This document shows positions 12,313 to 24,430 of a stretch of DNA of 64,000 nucleotides, piece by piece. Location of the stretch: the NCBI RefSeq assembly GCF_006345805.1, contig NC_043004.1:77872001-77936000 (forward strand). Reading direction: 5' to 3'. The stretch's first letter is position 1. Each line of letters starts with the position of its first letter. The notes below the pieces were generated by a model, which saw only the letters and a program-made list of their open reading frames with translations, was not told the DNA's origin and did no database searches. Made by a program: the position numbers and the translations under genes. The DNA comes from Octopus sinensis. Lineage: Eukaryota.

Positions 12313-12505
12313 TTTGGATTTTGTGAGGAGGGGGGATAGTCAATCAAATCAACCCCAGTACTTGACTGGTACTTAATTCATTGATCATGAAAGGATGAAA
12401 GGCAAAGCTGACCTTGGTGGAATTTGAACTCAGAATGTTCCGGCAGACAAAATACTGCTAAGCATTACGCCTGGCGTGCTAACGGTTCTGCCAGCTCAAC
12501 GCCTT
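12313..12505 (-). mobile_element. SINE family A
   Basis: Head and core motifs. Confidence 0.8.
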
Positions 12506-13099
12506 TAATAATAATAATAATAATGATAATAATAATGATAATAATAATAATAATGATAATAATAATAATAATACTGGTGGTTTCAATATATTTATATCAA
12601 GGGCAATTTCGTTTATCAATTAATTCTTTTGGAATTGAATTATTTCCTCATATCGAAAAAAATAAAAAAGAAAAAAATTCTTTCGTGACTTAAAATAACT
12701 CCTGTGCTGAACTGATAATAACAGCTGAATAAAAACCATGTTCAGAAGAAATATATGAGTCCATTAATGGTTAGAATTTGGAAAAATTATCATAGGTCTA
12801 AGTTTTTATGTGACATATCAAACTCTGATGTGAAATATGTTTTCTTAGAATTCTTAATTACAGATGGTTCCATTTGGCACTGCATTTGGTAAGTATATTA
12901 CTGTTTTGATCATGAAGACAGAATATGATAATCTGCAGCACACTTAGTGAGAGCATGATGTGCTCAGTATAGGAAACATGTAGTCGTGCTCAAATGAATT
13001 TGCATTTAAACCCTGAATTCTCCATCCAGGCCGAGGTCCAAGGTTAGAAAATTACTATCATTAAATCTCACAATGAGAGATATTCAGCAACAGTACTTT

Positions 13100-13357
13100 G
13101 GAGTAAAGATTGTTAGCCAACATAACATGGCAGTCCTGGTTTAGAACGAATGTTGCTGTAATTTAGCCCCAGGATACATCATCTCCAGTTGGCTATACAA
13201 CACGATCCATGTCCTTATATTTTCCCTTGTTCAAAAATATAAGGACACAGATCGTGTTGTATAGCCAGCTGGAGACGGTGTCACCTGTGGCTAAATTACA
13301 GCAACATTTGTCCTAAACCAGGACTGCCATGTTATGTTGGCAAACAATCTTTACTCC
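13100..13357. repeat. Fold-back MITE-like element, arms about 124 bp
   Basis: ggagtaaagattgtt..tatatttt-cccttgttc-aaaaatata..aacaatctttactcc. Confidence 0.9.
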
Positions 13358-13879
13358 TAGGTCCAAGGTGTCAAGAGTGACTATAAGAGAAATCCAAGGT
13401 GGGCTGATATGGAGGTAAATGCAATTAAGCTTGACATATATACATACACATGTGTGTGTGTGTGTGTGTGTGTATATAGATAAATAGATAGATAGTTACA
13501 TATTTACATATATTCAGAAAGATAAACACACACACACACGTGTGAATATATTTACATAAAGCACGTTTAAGTAAATATGTGCTCAAATGTATATACACAT
13601 GTTTACAGTAGTACCTTGGTTTTTGAACATCTCTGATTGCGAATAAATCATGCTTTATATATATATATTGGATTGGAGCCTGGTGCAGCTTTCTGGCTTG
13701 CCAGCCCCCTGTCAAATCGTCCAACCCATGCCAGCATGGAAAGCAGACGTTAAATGACGACGACGATGATATATATATATAAAGCAGGATTTATTCGTGA
13801 TCAGAGGCATTTGTAAGAATGTGAGAAAGACAGAAGATAAAAGTATGGTTTATTCGTGATCAGAGTTGTTTGAAATATG

Positions 13880-13884
<5 letters not shown>

Positions 13885-13910
<26 letters not shown>

Positions 13911-13993
13911 TATGTATGTATGTATGTATGTATGTATGTCAAGGCTAATTGTGTTTAACTGCATGTCTACCTATATATATGTGTGTGTGTGTG

Positions 13994-14024
<31 letters not shown>

Positions 14025-14081
14025 ATATATGTGTGTATATGTGTGTGTGTGTGTATATATATATATGTGTGTGTGTGTATA

Positions 14082-14112
<31 letters not shown>

Positions 14113-14283
14113 ATATATGTGTGTGTGTGTGTGTGTATATATGTGTGTGTGTGTATATATATGTGTGTGTGTGTATATATATATATATATGTGTGTGTGT
14201 ATATATATGTGTGTGTATATATATATCTATGTGTGTGTGTGTATATATATATCTGTATGTGTGTGTGTATATATATATCTGTA

Positions 14284-14330
<47 letters not shown>
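13885..14330. repeat. Compound (GT)n/(AT)n microsatellite
   Basis: About 450 bp of alternating purine-pyrimidine. Confidence 0.95.
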
Positions 14331-14332
<2 letters not shown>

Positions 14333-14707
14333 TGCTGTCTGTTCTAAACTCAGGCTAACAGCAGATACTTAAAGTGTTAACGAATGACACTATATATTGG
14401 AAAACAGCTAAAAAAAAAGACAAAACCATCAATTTGTCAGGTTAATATGATTAACTAAAATGTCATCCACCAAAAACAATGTCTTATTTTACTTCAATAA
14501 AAACCGTGTTTAATTAAGTTATTTAACACTTTCAGGTATTCCCAACTATAGCAAGCATCATCATCATTATCATTTTCTCCATCACCATCATCATCATTTT
14601 GACGTCCACTTTTCCATGCTTGCATGGGTCAGAAGGGTTTTTATGGTAGCTGTTCTTGTTGCCAATCTTCACTTGTTATTGCATAAGGTGATATTTCTGC
14701 ATGGAGT

Positions 14708-14855
14708 GAAGGCACATCGTCTAGTGGCTCGGGGTATTCAGCTGACAATTGTAAGGTCATAAGTTCAATCCCCAGCAGCTCATTGCATCCTTCAGCAAGG
14801 CACTTTATGTCATGTTGTTCCACTCCACTCAGCTGGCAAAAATGTGTCATTACCT
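14708..14855 (+). mobile_element. tRNA-headed SINE fragment (family E; related copies at 35570-35730 and 42270-42340)
   Basis: A/B-box-like head then ..gcaaggcacttta..ttg.tcca.tccactcagctggcaaaaatg. Confidence 0.55.
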
Positions 14856-14879
14856 GTAATTGTGTGTTATGCTGAATCT

Positions 14880-15270
14880 CCCCAAGAACTGTGTTGGTGG
14901 CACGTAAAAAGCACCATCCGAACGTGGCCGATGCCAGCACTGCCTTGACTGGCTTCTGTGCCAGTGGCACGTAAAAACCACCAACCGATCGTGGCCGCTG
15001 CCAGCCTCCCCTGGCACCTGTGCTGGTGGCACATAAAAAGCACTAACCGATCATGGCCGTTGCCAGCCTCGCCTGGCACCTGTGCCGGTGGCATGTAAAA
15101 AGCATCCACTACACATCACGGAGTGGTTGGCATTAGGAAGGGCATCCAGCTGTAGAAACACTGCCAGATCAGACTGGAGCCTGTTGCAACCTCCTGGCTT
15201 CCTAGACCCCGGTTGAACCGTCCAACCTGTGCTAGCTGGAAAACGGATGTTAAATGATGATGATGATGTG
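14880..15270 (+). mobile_element. RTE 3-prime-UTR-derived repeat with internal ~55-bp tandem units
   Basis: Repeated gtggcac.taaaaagcacca..cg..cgtggcc units, then the (ATG)n tail. Confidence 0.8.
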
Positions 15271-15659
15271 TCTGTGGAATACTCAACCACTTGCACATTA
15301 ATTCTATGTGCAGGCTGTTCTTTAGACCAGGTCAACTGCAATCCTCATTATCTTTTTCTTCTTTATTTATTTCTCCATGGCAAGACACATTTTCACAGAA
15401 TCCTGGGAAAGAATAACATTTCCTGTATGGCACTCATACTCATTTCACAACTATCACATGACGTCAAGACAAGAACATGCTCACACACTCTCTCTTTTTC
15501 ACTTTCACATACACTCTCTCTCTCTCACACACACACACTCTCTCTCATACACACACACTCTCTCATACACACACACTCTCTTTCACTTTCACATACACTC
15601 TCTCACACACACACACACTCACTCTCTCTCTCAAATACACACACTTTCACAGTTTTTTT

Positions 15660-15846
15660 TTTGGAGAGGGGAGGGGCAGTCGATTAGATCGACCCCAGTA
15701 CGCAACTGGTACTTAATTTTATCGACCCCGAAAGGATGAAAGGCAAAGTTGAACTCAGCAGAATTTGAACACAGAACATAAAGACAGGCAAAATACCGCT
15801 AAGCATTTCGCCCGGCATGCTAACGTTTCTGCCAGCTTGCCGTCTT
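15660..15846 (-). mobile_element. SINE family A
   Basis: Near-consensus head and core. Confidence 0.85.
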
Positions 15847-16204
15847 ATATAATGAATATAGTAAAAGTTGACAACTCTTTTCATCTTATATTTATTCTGT
15901 AAACAAATAATACAATATCACAAGCATTTTATAATGTTCCTTTCTTTTCTGGAAACTCATTGCATACTGGCAGCTGATGGCTCGTGGACTGGCACCAGTC
16001 CACGGACCACCACTTTGAGCAGCACTGTGTTATTCAACCAAATCAATTGATGAATTTTAATCTTCCCAAGTGGACAATTAGGAAATAGAAATGTTCTTTC
16101 CAAACTATTTGTTTCGCAGCTTTTCATTTCATTCAATTTGATCAAACGTAGGGTTGTGTAAATTGCTTTCTCTGTTTTGGGTAAAGTGGCTATTATTTTT
16201 CTAA

Positions 16205-16555
16205 TTCTTTCAGTCATTAGACGATGGCCATGCTGGGGCACCACCTTGAAGAATTTTTAGTCGAATCAGTTGACCCTAGGACATACTTTTTTAAAGCATC
16301 CAACTTATTATGTCAGTCTCTTTTGCTGAACTGTTAAGTTACAGGGGTGTAAACACACCAACACCAGGTGGTGGAGGACAGACACAAACACACATACCCA
16401 CAAAGGGCTTCTTTTAGTTTCCATGTGCCAAATCCATTCAAGGCTTTGACTGATCTGAAGCTATAGTAGAAAACACTTGCCCAGGTGTCACACAATGGGA
16501 CTGAACCCAGAACCATGTGATTGGGAAGCAAACTTCTTACCACACAGCCACGCAT
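16205..16555 (-). mobile_element. SINE family B
   Basis: Reverse complement of the full consensus. Confidence 0.85.
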
Positions 16556-16719
16556 GCACCTATCCATAATGAGAATCTAAAATTATGGCATGTTAGAAAT
16601 AAAAAAAAAATTTACATTTATAACAGAATTGAAAAACACTCGTCAGTGCTTCAAGGAATTTTAATTCTCTGAATGTCACGGTGCTGCTATGGAGCTGGAA
16701 GTGTCAATTCCTAAGTATA

Positions 16720-16935
16720 ATAGCATTTGAACCAGCCATAGTTCAGCCCAAATATTTTGTGCTTTATGTTCAAATTGGCAAGATCCAGCCTCTCACACCT
16801 ACCCAACAATGTCAATCTAAAAATAAACAATCCCATCATCAAAATCTCAAAGCAATGGGATAAAGCAGGATTAATTCAAAACAGAGTGAATAAATATTAC
16901 ATTTGGACCGTCATCTAAATGTTAAAGAGTTAAAA
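16720..16935 (-). mobile_element. TTAA-ended non-autonomous DNA element (piggyBac-like terminus), partial
   Basis: Terminus ttaactctttaacattt; a related ttaaccctt terminus at about 62849. Confidence 0.4.
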
Positions 16936-16964
16936 GATTGTTGGACGAAGCATTTACAAATGAA

Positions 16965-17500
16965 TCATCATCATCATCATCGTTTAGTGTCCGCTTTCCA
17001 TGCTAGCATGGGTTGGACGATTTTGACTGAGGGCTGGTGAACCAGATGGCTGCACCAGACTCCAATCTTGATCTGGCAGAGTTTCTACAGCTGGATGCCC
17101 TTCCTAATGCCAACCACTCTGGGAGTGCAGTGGGTGCTTTTTACATGCCACCGGCATGGGGTCCAGTTAGGCGGCACTGGCAATGACCTCACTCGAATCT
17201 TTTTACACGTCCCACCGGCACAGGTGCCAGTGAAGCGACATTGGTAACAATCACGCTCGAAGGGTGCCCTTTTATGTGCCATGGGTACGGAAACCAGTTG
17301 GTTGCTCTGGCAATGATCATGCTTAGATGGTGCTCTTGGCACCCTACTAGCACATGCACAAGGTGACGCTGGTAACGATCATACTCAAATGGTGCCCTTT
17401 TATGTGCCACTGGCATGGAAGCCGGTTAGCCGCTCTGTCAACGATCACACTCGTACGGTGCTCTTTGCACTCTGCTAGCACGGATGCCAGTCATCGAATT
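16965..17500 (-). mobile_element. RTE 3-prime-UTR-derived repeat
   Basis: Same family in reverse orientation. Confidence 0.8.
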
Positions 17501-18004
17501 GATTTTGATTTTGATTTCAGAATCAGAAACGCATTATAAAAATTATTGGTTGTACTTCTTTGTCAATGAAGAACAATGCCGTAAAGGAAACATCAAAGAA
17601 TTATCGTGTGATAACTTAGTATGACTGAGATGGAAAAATAATAGCAGTCTTCTTGGATGGCTTTAAAAGACTAGTACAGAAAGCTAAACAAAATGAGTTC
17701 TGTTCTGTAATGGTTGACAAGATGGTCACAGCTGGAATGTCTTTGATTACTAAGTTTAGTTGTTCAGACCCAACCTCGGCTAAACATCAACTAAATGTCT
17801 TTGAAACTATGGAGAAGGATTAATACCAAGATCCATGTTTGTAGTGTGAAGTGGGTCAATGAACACAACTGTCCCTGGAGTGAGATAGGGGTCTCAACAG
17901 TGAGATCAAAATAATATTTGCAAAAGATATGAACTTGAGTTTCAATAGAGGACCAGTAACATCACCACTCAGCTATTTTGTATCTTTCACTAATTAATGT
18001 GAAA

Positions 18005-18160
18005 GTGGGTGGCTGTGTGGTAAGAAGTTTACTTCCAAATCACATGCTTTTGGGTTCAGTTCCACTGCATGACACCTTGGGCCAGTGTCTTCTAATATAG
18101 CCTTAGGATGACTAAAGCCTTGTGAGCAGATCTGGCAGATGGAAACTGAGAGAGGCATGT

Positions 18161-18180
<20 letters not shown>
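18005..18180 (+). mobile_element. SINE family B, short form
   Basis: Head and body to the (GT)n/(AT)n run. Confidence 0.8.
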
Positions 18181-18192
<12 letters not shown>

Positions 18193-18383
18193 ATGGTCAA
18201 ATTTTTCCACAAGAACTTAGTTCAATTTGAAAACTCCATTAGAATGGACGAAAGCGCTAATATATGATATATAAAAACATGTAATATACAAATAAATATC
18301 TGTAAATATAAAACCATCCAAATTTCTGGTTATCTCATTTCTTCTAATATAAAATACCTGTACATCATCTCCAAACCTTCCAA

Positions 18384-18413
<30 letters not shown>

Positions 18414-18415
<2 letters not shown>

Positions 18416-19675
18416 CACACATAGATTAATCAAGACCAGCTTTAAACAGCTTAGTGTGTTTAACATTTCATTTTTTGACAAAACTTTACTTGCTTGATAA
18501 TGTAAGCCTTCTCTTTATTTTTCAGGTAAATAGCAAACTGATTCGACAATAAAAAGTCATGGAACAACGGAACCATTCCACCATTGTTGTTTTGGCGTGT
18601 GTCAGGCACACTGCCAGTAAAGTTGTTAAGTTGACAAAACTTCCAAAAGCAACAGTTTATCATGTGTATAAACAATTTAAGGAAGAGGGAAAGAATTATA
18701 GAAAAGAACACAAGACTCGAAGTGATTCCAAGCCCAATCCAAAGTTTTTCCATTGGCCTCAAATGCTCGATTGGAGCCAACCCATCCACATCCATGATAA
18801 CTCTTGCAAAGAAATGCAGTGTGTCCCTTTCCAGAGTGTCCAGAGCTGTGAACAGGAACCTTGGCATGTCTAGCTATGTTCAATGACATGGTCACCTCCT
18901 AACAGCCAAGGCCTAAGCAACCAGAGCTGAGAGATGCCCAAAGCTCTTGTCATCCATCAAGCATCAAGGTGCAGGTAAAACTCTTGTGTCTGTGGACGAG
19001 AAGAAGTTCACTGTGGATGCTGAGGAGAATCACAGAAATTCTCAAATGATTGTATACAACCCTTCTGATGTCCCCCTGTGTTTGAGACCTAGAATCCTGC
19101 CTCTGTGATGGTATTTGGAGCCATGATGAGTGATGGAAGTGTCATGGATCCACACTCCATTGAGTATGGCTTGATGATTGGTACAAAAGAATATCTGGAA
19201 ATCCTGAAGAACTCTCTGTTACCCTGGAGGGAGCAGAAGTTTGGGCTTGACAATGTGGTTCTTATCCAGGATTCTGCACCATGCCATAACACAGGCCTTC
19301 CTTGGTGAGAAGGTGCCATTTTTTGTGAGGGTCAACATCTGGCCCAACCCAGACCTCAACCTTCTCGATTACTTTTTATGGGGCATATTTCAAGCAAGGA
19401 CCAATGCTTCACCACACTCAAGTATCAACAGTTTGAAGGCCTGCATTGTGCATGTGGCACACAAAATCAAAAAAGAGAAAGGAGGTTGCAGCAGCTGCAA
19501 CAAGATTTCATTCTGATGTGGAGGCAGGAATTGCACAAAAGGGCGGCCATATTGAGTGATAAATGTTTTTGTTATAATAAGTGTTACATTAAAATTATTT
19601 CTGTCTACTGCCATTATTTAGTATTTATAACTAGTTTTATGCATCGTAAAAATTGTCTCAATTTATCTACAAGAC

Positions 19676-19679
<4 letters not shown>
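18414..19679 (+). mobile_element. Decayed Tc1/mariner-superfamily transposon (maT/DD37D-like), copy 1
   Basis: HTH-like LPKATVYHVYKQFKE; catalytic motifs VDEKKFTVD, QDSAPCH, NPDLNLLDYFLWG; several frameshifts; right end ..caagaccctg, eroded left TIR near 18414-18440. Confidence 0.85.
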
Positions 19680-19733
<54 letters not shown>

Positions 19734-19950
19734 ATGGTCAAATTTTTCCACAAGAACTTAGTTCAATTTGAAAACTCCATTAGAATGGACGAAAGCGCTA
19801 ATATATGATATATAAAAACATGTAATATACAAATAAATATCTGTAAATATAAAACCATCCGAATTTCTGATTATCTCATTTCTTCTAATATAAAATACCT
19901 GTACATCATCTCCAAACCTTCCAATATATATATGTATATATGTATGTATG

Positions 19951-21215
19951 TACACACATAGATTAATCAAGACCAGCTTTAAACAGCTTAGTGTGTTTAA
20001 CATTTCATTTTTTGACAAAACTTTACTTGCTTGATAATGTAAGCCTTCTCTTTATTTTTCAGGTAAATAGCAAACTGATTCGACAATAAAAAGTCATGGA
20101 ACAACGGAACCATTCCACCATTGTTGTTTTGGCGTGTGTCAGGCACACTGCCAGTAAAGTTGTTAAGTTGACAAAACTTCCAAAAGCAACAGTTTATCAT
20201 GTGTATAAACAATTTAAGGAAGAGGAAAGAATTATAGAAAAGAACACAAGACTCGAAGTGATTCCAAGCCCAATCCAAAGTTTTTCCATTGGCCTCAAAT
20301 GCTCGATTGGAGCCAACCCATCCACATCCATGATAACTCTTGCAAAGAAATGCAGTGTGTCCCTTTCCAGAGTGTCCAGAGCTGTGAACAGGAACCTTGG
20401 CATGTCTAGCCATGTTCAATGACATGGTCACCTCCTAACAGCCAAGGCCTAAGCAACCAGAGCTGAGAGATGCCCAAAACTCTTGTCATCCATCAAGCAT
20501 CAAGGTGCAGGTAAAACTCTTGTGTCTGTGGACGAGAAGAAGTTCACTGTGGATGCTGAGGAGAATCACAGAAATTCTCAAATGATTGTATACAACCCTT
20601 CTGATGTCCCCCTGTGTTTGAGACCTAGAATCCTGTCTCTGTGATGGTATTTGGAGCCATGATGAGTGATGGAAGTGTCATGGATCCACACTCCATTGAG
20701 TATGGCTTGATGATTGGTACAAAAGAATATCTGGAAATCCTGAAGAACTCTCTGTTACCCTGGAGGGAGCAGAAGTTTGGGCTTGACAATGTGGTTCTTA
20801 TCCAGGATTCTGCACCATGCCATAACACAGGCCTTCCTTGGTGAGAAGGTGCCATTTTTTGTGAGGGTCAACATCTGGCCCAACCCAGACCTCAACCTTC
20901 TCGATTACTTTTTATGGGGCATATTTCAAGCAAGGACCAATGCTTCACCACACTCAAGTATCAACAGTTTGAAGGCCTGCATTGTGCATGTGGCACACAA
21001 AATCAAAAAAGAGAAAGGAGGTTGCAGCAGCTGCAAAAAGATTTCATTCTGATGTGGAGGCAGGAATTGCACAAAAGGGCGGCCATATTGAGTGATAAAT
21101 GTTTTTGTTATAATAAGTGTTACATTAAAATTATTTCTGTCTACTGCCATTATTTAGTATTTATAACTAGTTTTATGCATCGTAAAAATTGTCTCAATTT
21201 ATCTACAAGACCCTG
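19951..21215 (+). mobile_element. Tc1/mariner transposon, copy 2 (tandem duplication, offset about 1536)
   Basis: Nearly identical to copy 1 including shared frameshifts; a few SNPs and one 1-bp deletion. Confidence 0.85.
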
Positions 21216-21611
21216 TGTGTGTGTGTGTGTGTGTGTTCCTTATCTAAACATTCCGCTCAATCTGAGAATTGAACCTACGTTCTGGCAATCGTGAGTACAA
21301 CACTGGAACCACTAAGCCATGTCTTTTCACATGTGTGTGCGTGTGTGTGTCTATGTATACATACACACACACACACACCAACTGAAACGCATGACACTAT
21401 TGTTTAGCAAATTACCTTTGTACAAAAATCAATTAAACAATTTAAACCAATAAATTTGATATGACACACACGTGCACAGGCACAGCAGTGTCCCAGCATG
21501 GCCACAATCTACAGACCGGAACTAATAATGTAAGTATGTGAGAATGAGTGAGTATATAGCACAATTATTCACACATAAACAAGTATAGGTAATGTATATA
21601 AACACACACAT

Positions 21612-21643
<32 letters not shown>

Positions 21644-21979
21644 GTCACCTGTAATAAATGACACTATTGTTCACCAAATTTTTCTTTTCCATACCAAAAC
21701 ACACACACACACACACACACTGTGTCTCGGTATGGTCGCAACATACTCTCTGAAACTAGTAACAAAAGATGTATGCATTGTGCATGTGTCTCTTTCTCTC
21801 TCTTTGTCTGCTGCTTATCTCCCCCCCCCCCCATATATAAATATATATATATATATATAATTTATGAAAGGAAAATAATTAAGTAAGAAATTGTTTATTA
21901 ATTGGGAACACAAAAGAGAATGGAATGTGGAAATATGAGTAGCATCTCAAAAGAAGAATGTGTACACGTGTGTGCACGA

Positions 21980-22010
<31 letters not shown>

Positions 22011-22015
<5 letters not shown>

Positions 22016-22335
22016 CGAGAATATATATATATATAATCACCCCGCTTATAATCACCCCACATTACTGTATTGTTAAATCAGTATAGTTTTTTTTGGTGCA
22101 TCTAAGTTAGGTACCATATTCAAGTAAATTTTTTAAATTAACTTGAATCTTTATTGCTCTTTGTATATATATATATATATATATAAGCGAGAATATATAT
22201 ATATATAATCACCCCGCTTATAATCACCCCACATTACTGTATTGTTAAATCAGTATAGTTTTTTTTGGTGCATCTAAGTTAGGTACCATATTCAAGTAAA
22301 TTTTTTAAATTAACTTGAATCTTTATTGCTCTTTG
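22011..22335. repeat. Tandem duplication, 172-bp period, (TA)n junction
   Basis: 22011-22163 equals 22183-22335. Confidence 0.92.
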
Positions 22336-22956
22336 TATATATATATATATATATATGGCTGTGTGTGAGTATATATATAATCATCATATATACACAATTG
22401 TCAATTAGTTGAATGTTAATTACTAGCAACAGATGTTTAGTTAATCCAAGAAGGAAATATATTTTAAGCAGCCAATCCGTTTCTGACCATCACAAATACA
22501 ATTTAATCGAAGCCAAAATATTTAAACCAAGAGAAAATATTTAAGTAATTTACAGAACAATAAAAATTAATTTTTCCCGAAATACAGTTGATTAGAGCTG
22601 AACGAACAGAGTTCTAGGACTTTGTATGAAATGGTAAACCACAGCAGAGAGGAATGGAATTGGTGCCATAAAAGGAGATGAATTAAGAAGACAGTTACAT
22701 AGCATGTAGATGATGGTGGTGGTTGTAGTGATTGCGATGGTGATAGTTGTTGTTGTGGTGGTAGTGGTGGTGATGGTACACAATCTTCTGATTAATCTAA
22801 GGAACCTAAGTTCCCACTGTATTTTCATATTGCTGCTGCTGTTAGCCATTGTTTGCAACTCCTGACAGAAAAGTCTCCATTTTATTTATTATAATTCTTC
22901 AGCGACAGGAGATGTGACTTGAACTCAAAACAACATTGTTTGGATGACAGTGACAC

Positions 22957-22987
<31 letters not shown>

Positions 22988-23390
22988 ACTTGTGTCCGCT
23001 CGTTTTGTCATTGCATGATGCTTCTAAATATATATATATATATATGTATATATTTGAAGCTCTGATGAAGCTATAGGGGGATACACAAGCATTCAATTAC
23101 GAGTACACTGCATCTTATAGCAGAAACGGCTGTAAATTAATGAAGATCATAAGATAATTGCTTATTCCTTTGTCATTCCAATTTCTTGTGCTCATTCTGT
23201 ACTCGACTGATGCTTCATACTGAAGCATTCGTATATTGAGTTCTAACACCAGATTATTAGTATTGACATGCCTAAATGAAATAATAATAATAATAATTAT
23301 TATATATATATATCTTTATTAGAAATCTAACTTGGGATCCCCCCCCAAAAAACTGTTCTAATTGAACTCAACCTTTCTCCTATATATATA

Positions 23391-23421
<31 letters not shown>

Positions 23422-23760
23422 GTACAATGTAAGATAGGGGTTATGGGTGTAACCCACATGCCTACAACCTTAGTATGTTGACATCTATAGGCAATGAAAA
23501 TTAGATTCACTTTTGACCATAGGCTGAAACAGCTGTAAGAAGTAATTTTTAGGATTTCATTAATTTATAATATGACTTTTAAAATCTGTATTTGTATTAT
23601 TATCTTATCTATTGATTTATATAATATTTTTGTATGCTTTTGATGTTCTCATTTGTAAAATGAATAAATAATCCAACATTATAATATCCGTAAGTTGATG
23701 AACAAACCAAATTTGTTTCTCCATTTTCTTATTTGTATTATATATATATATATATATATA

Positions 23761-23987
23761 TACATATATAAGTATAGGGTGTATTATGAGCATTTATAGA
23801 ACACAGTCATATATAAACTCAACAAATAGTTGAAGATGGAGAAGAGAAGATGTTAAAAGTTTGATTACATTTTACACTGATTAAAATGTAATCAAACTTT
23901 TAACATCTTCTCTTCTCCATCTTTAACTGTTTGTTGAGTTCATATACGACTGTGTTCTATAAATGCTCATAATACACCCTATACTTA

Positions 23988-24035
<48 letters not shown>

Positions 24036-24262
24036 TAAGTATAGGGTGTATTATGAGCATTTATAGAACACAGTCATATATAAACTCAACAAATAGTTGA
24101 AGATGGAGAAGAGAAGATGTTAAAAGTTTGATTACATTTTACACTGATTAAAATGTAATCAAACTTTTAACATCTTCTCTTCTCCATCTTTAACTGTTTG
24201 TTGAGTTCATATACGACTGTGTTCTATAAATGCTCATAATACACCCTATACTTATATATGTA
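23761..24262. repeat. 235-bp palindrome (114-bp arms, 7-nt spacer) present twice in tandem (offset 267)
   Basis: 23761-23995 and 24028-24262, separated and flanked by (TA)n; 4 arm mismatches, identical in both copies. Confidence 0.92.
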
Positions 24263-24287
24263 TATATATATATATATATATATTCAG

Positions 24288-24430
24288 TTTCATTCAACCA
24301 AAGCCACTCATGTGGCTTTGGTTGGCCTGGGGCCACACAAAAAGGCCCTTGCCTAAGGTGCCATGCAGTGGGACTGAACTAGAAACCATACTGTCGGGAA
24401 GCAAGCTTCTTAACCACACAGCCATGTCTG
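24288..24430 (-). mobile_element. SINE family B, short form
   Basis: Head and body motifs. Confidence 0.75.

Noticed and set aside
13870-14372. Long ORFs of alternating C/V/Y/M/I (also at 2.4-3.9 kb, 43.1-43.7 kb and 54.6 kb)
   Set aside because: Translations of dinucleotide and tetranucleotide microsatellites; no coding signal.
23490-23525. Hammerhead 3-prime half GAAACAGCTGTA on the plus strand
   Set aside because: No CUGANGA upstream; at most a decayed remnant.
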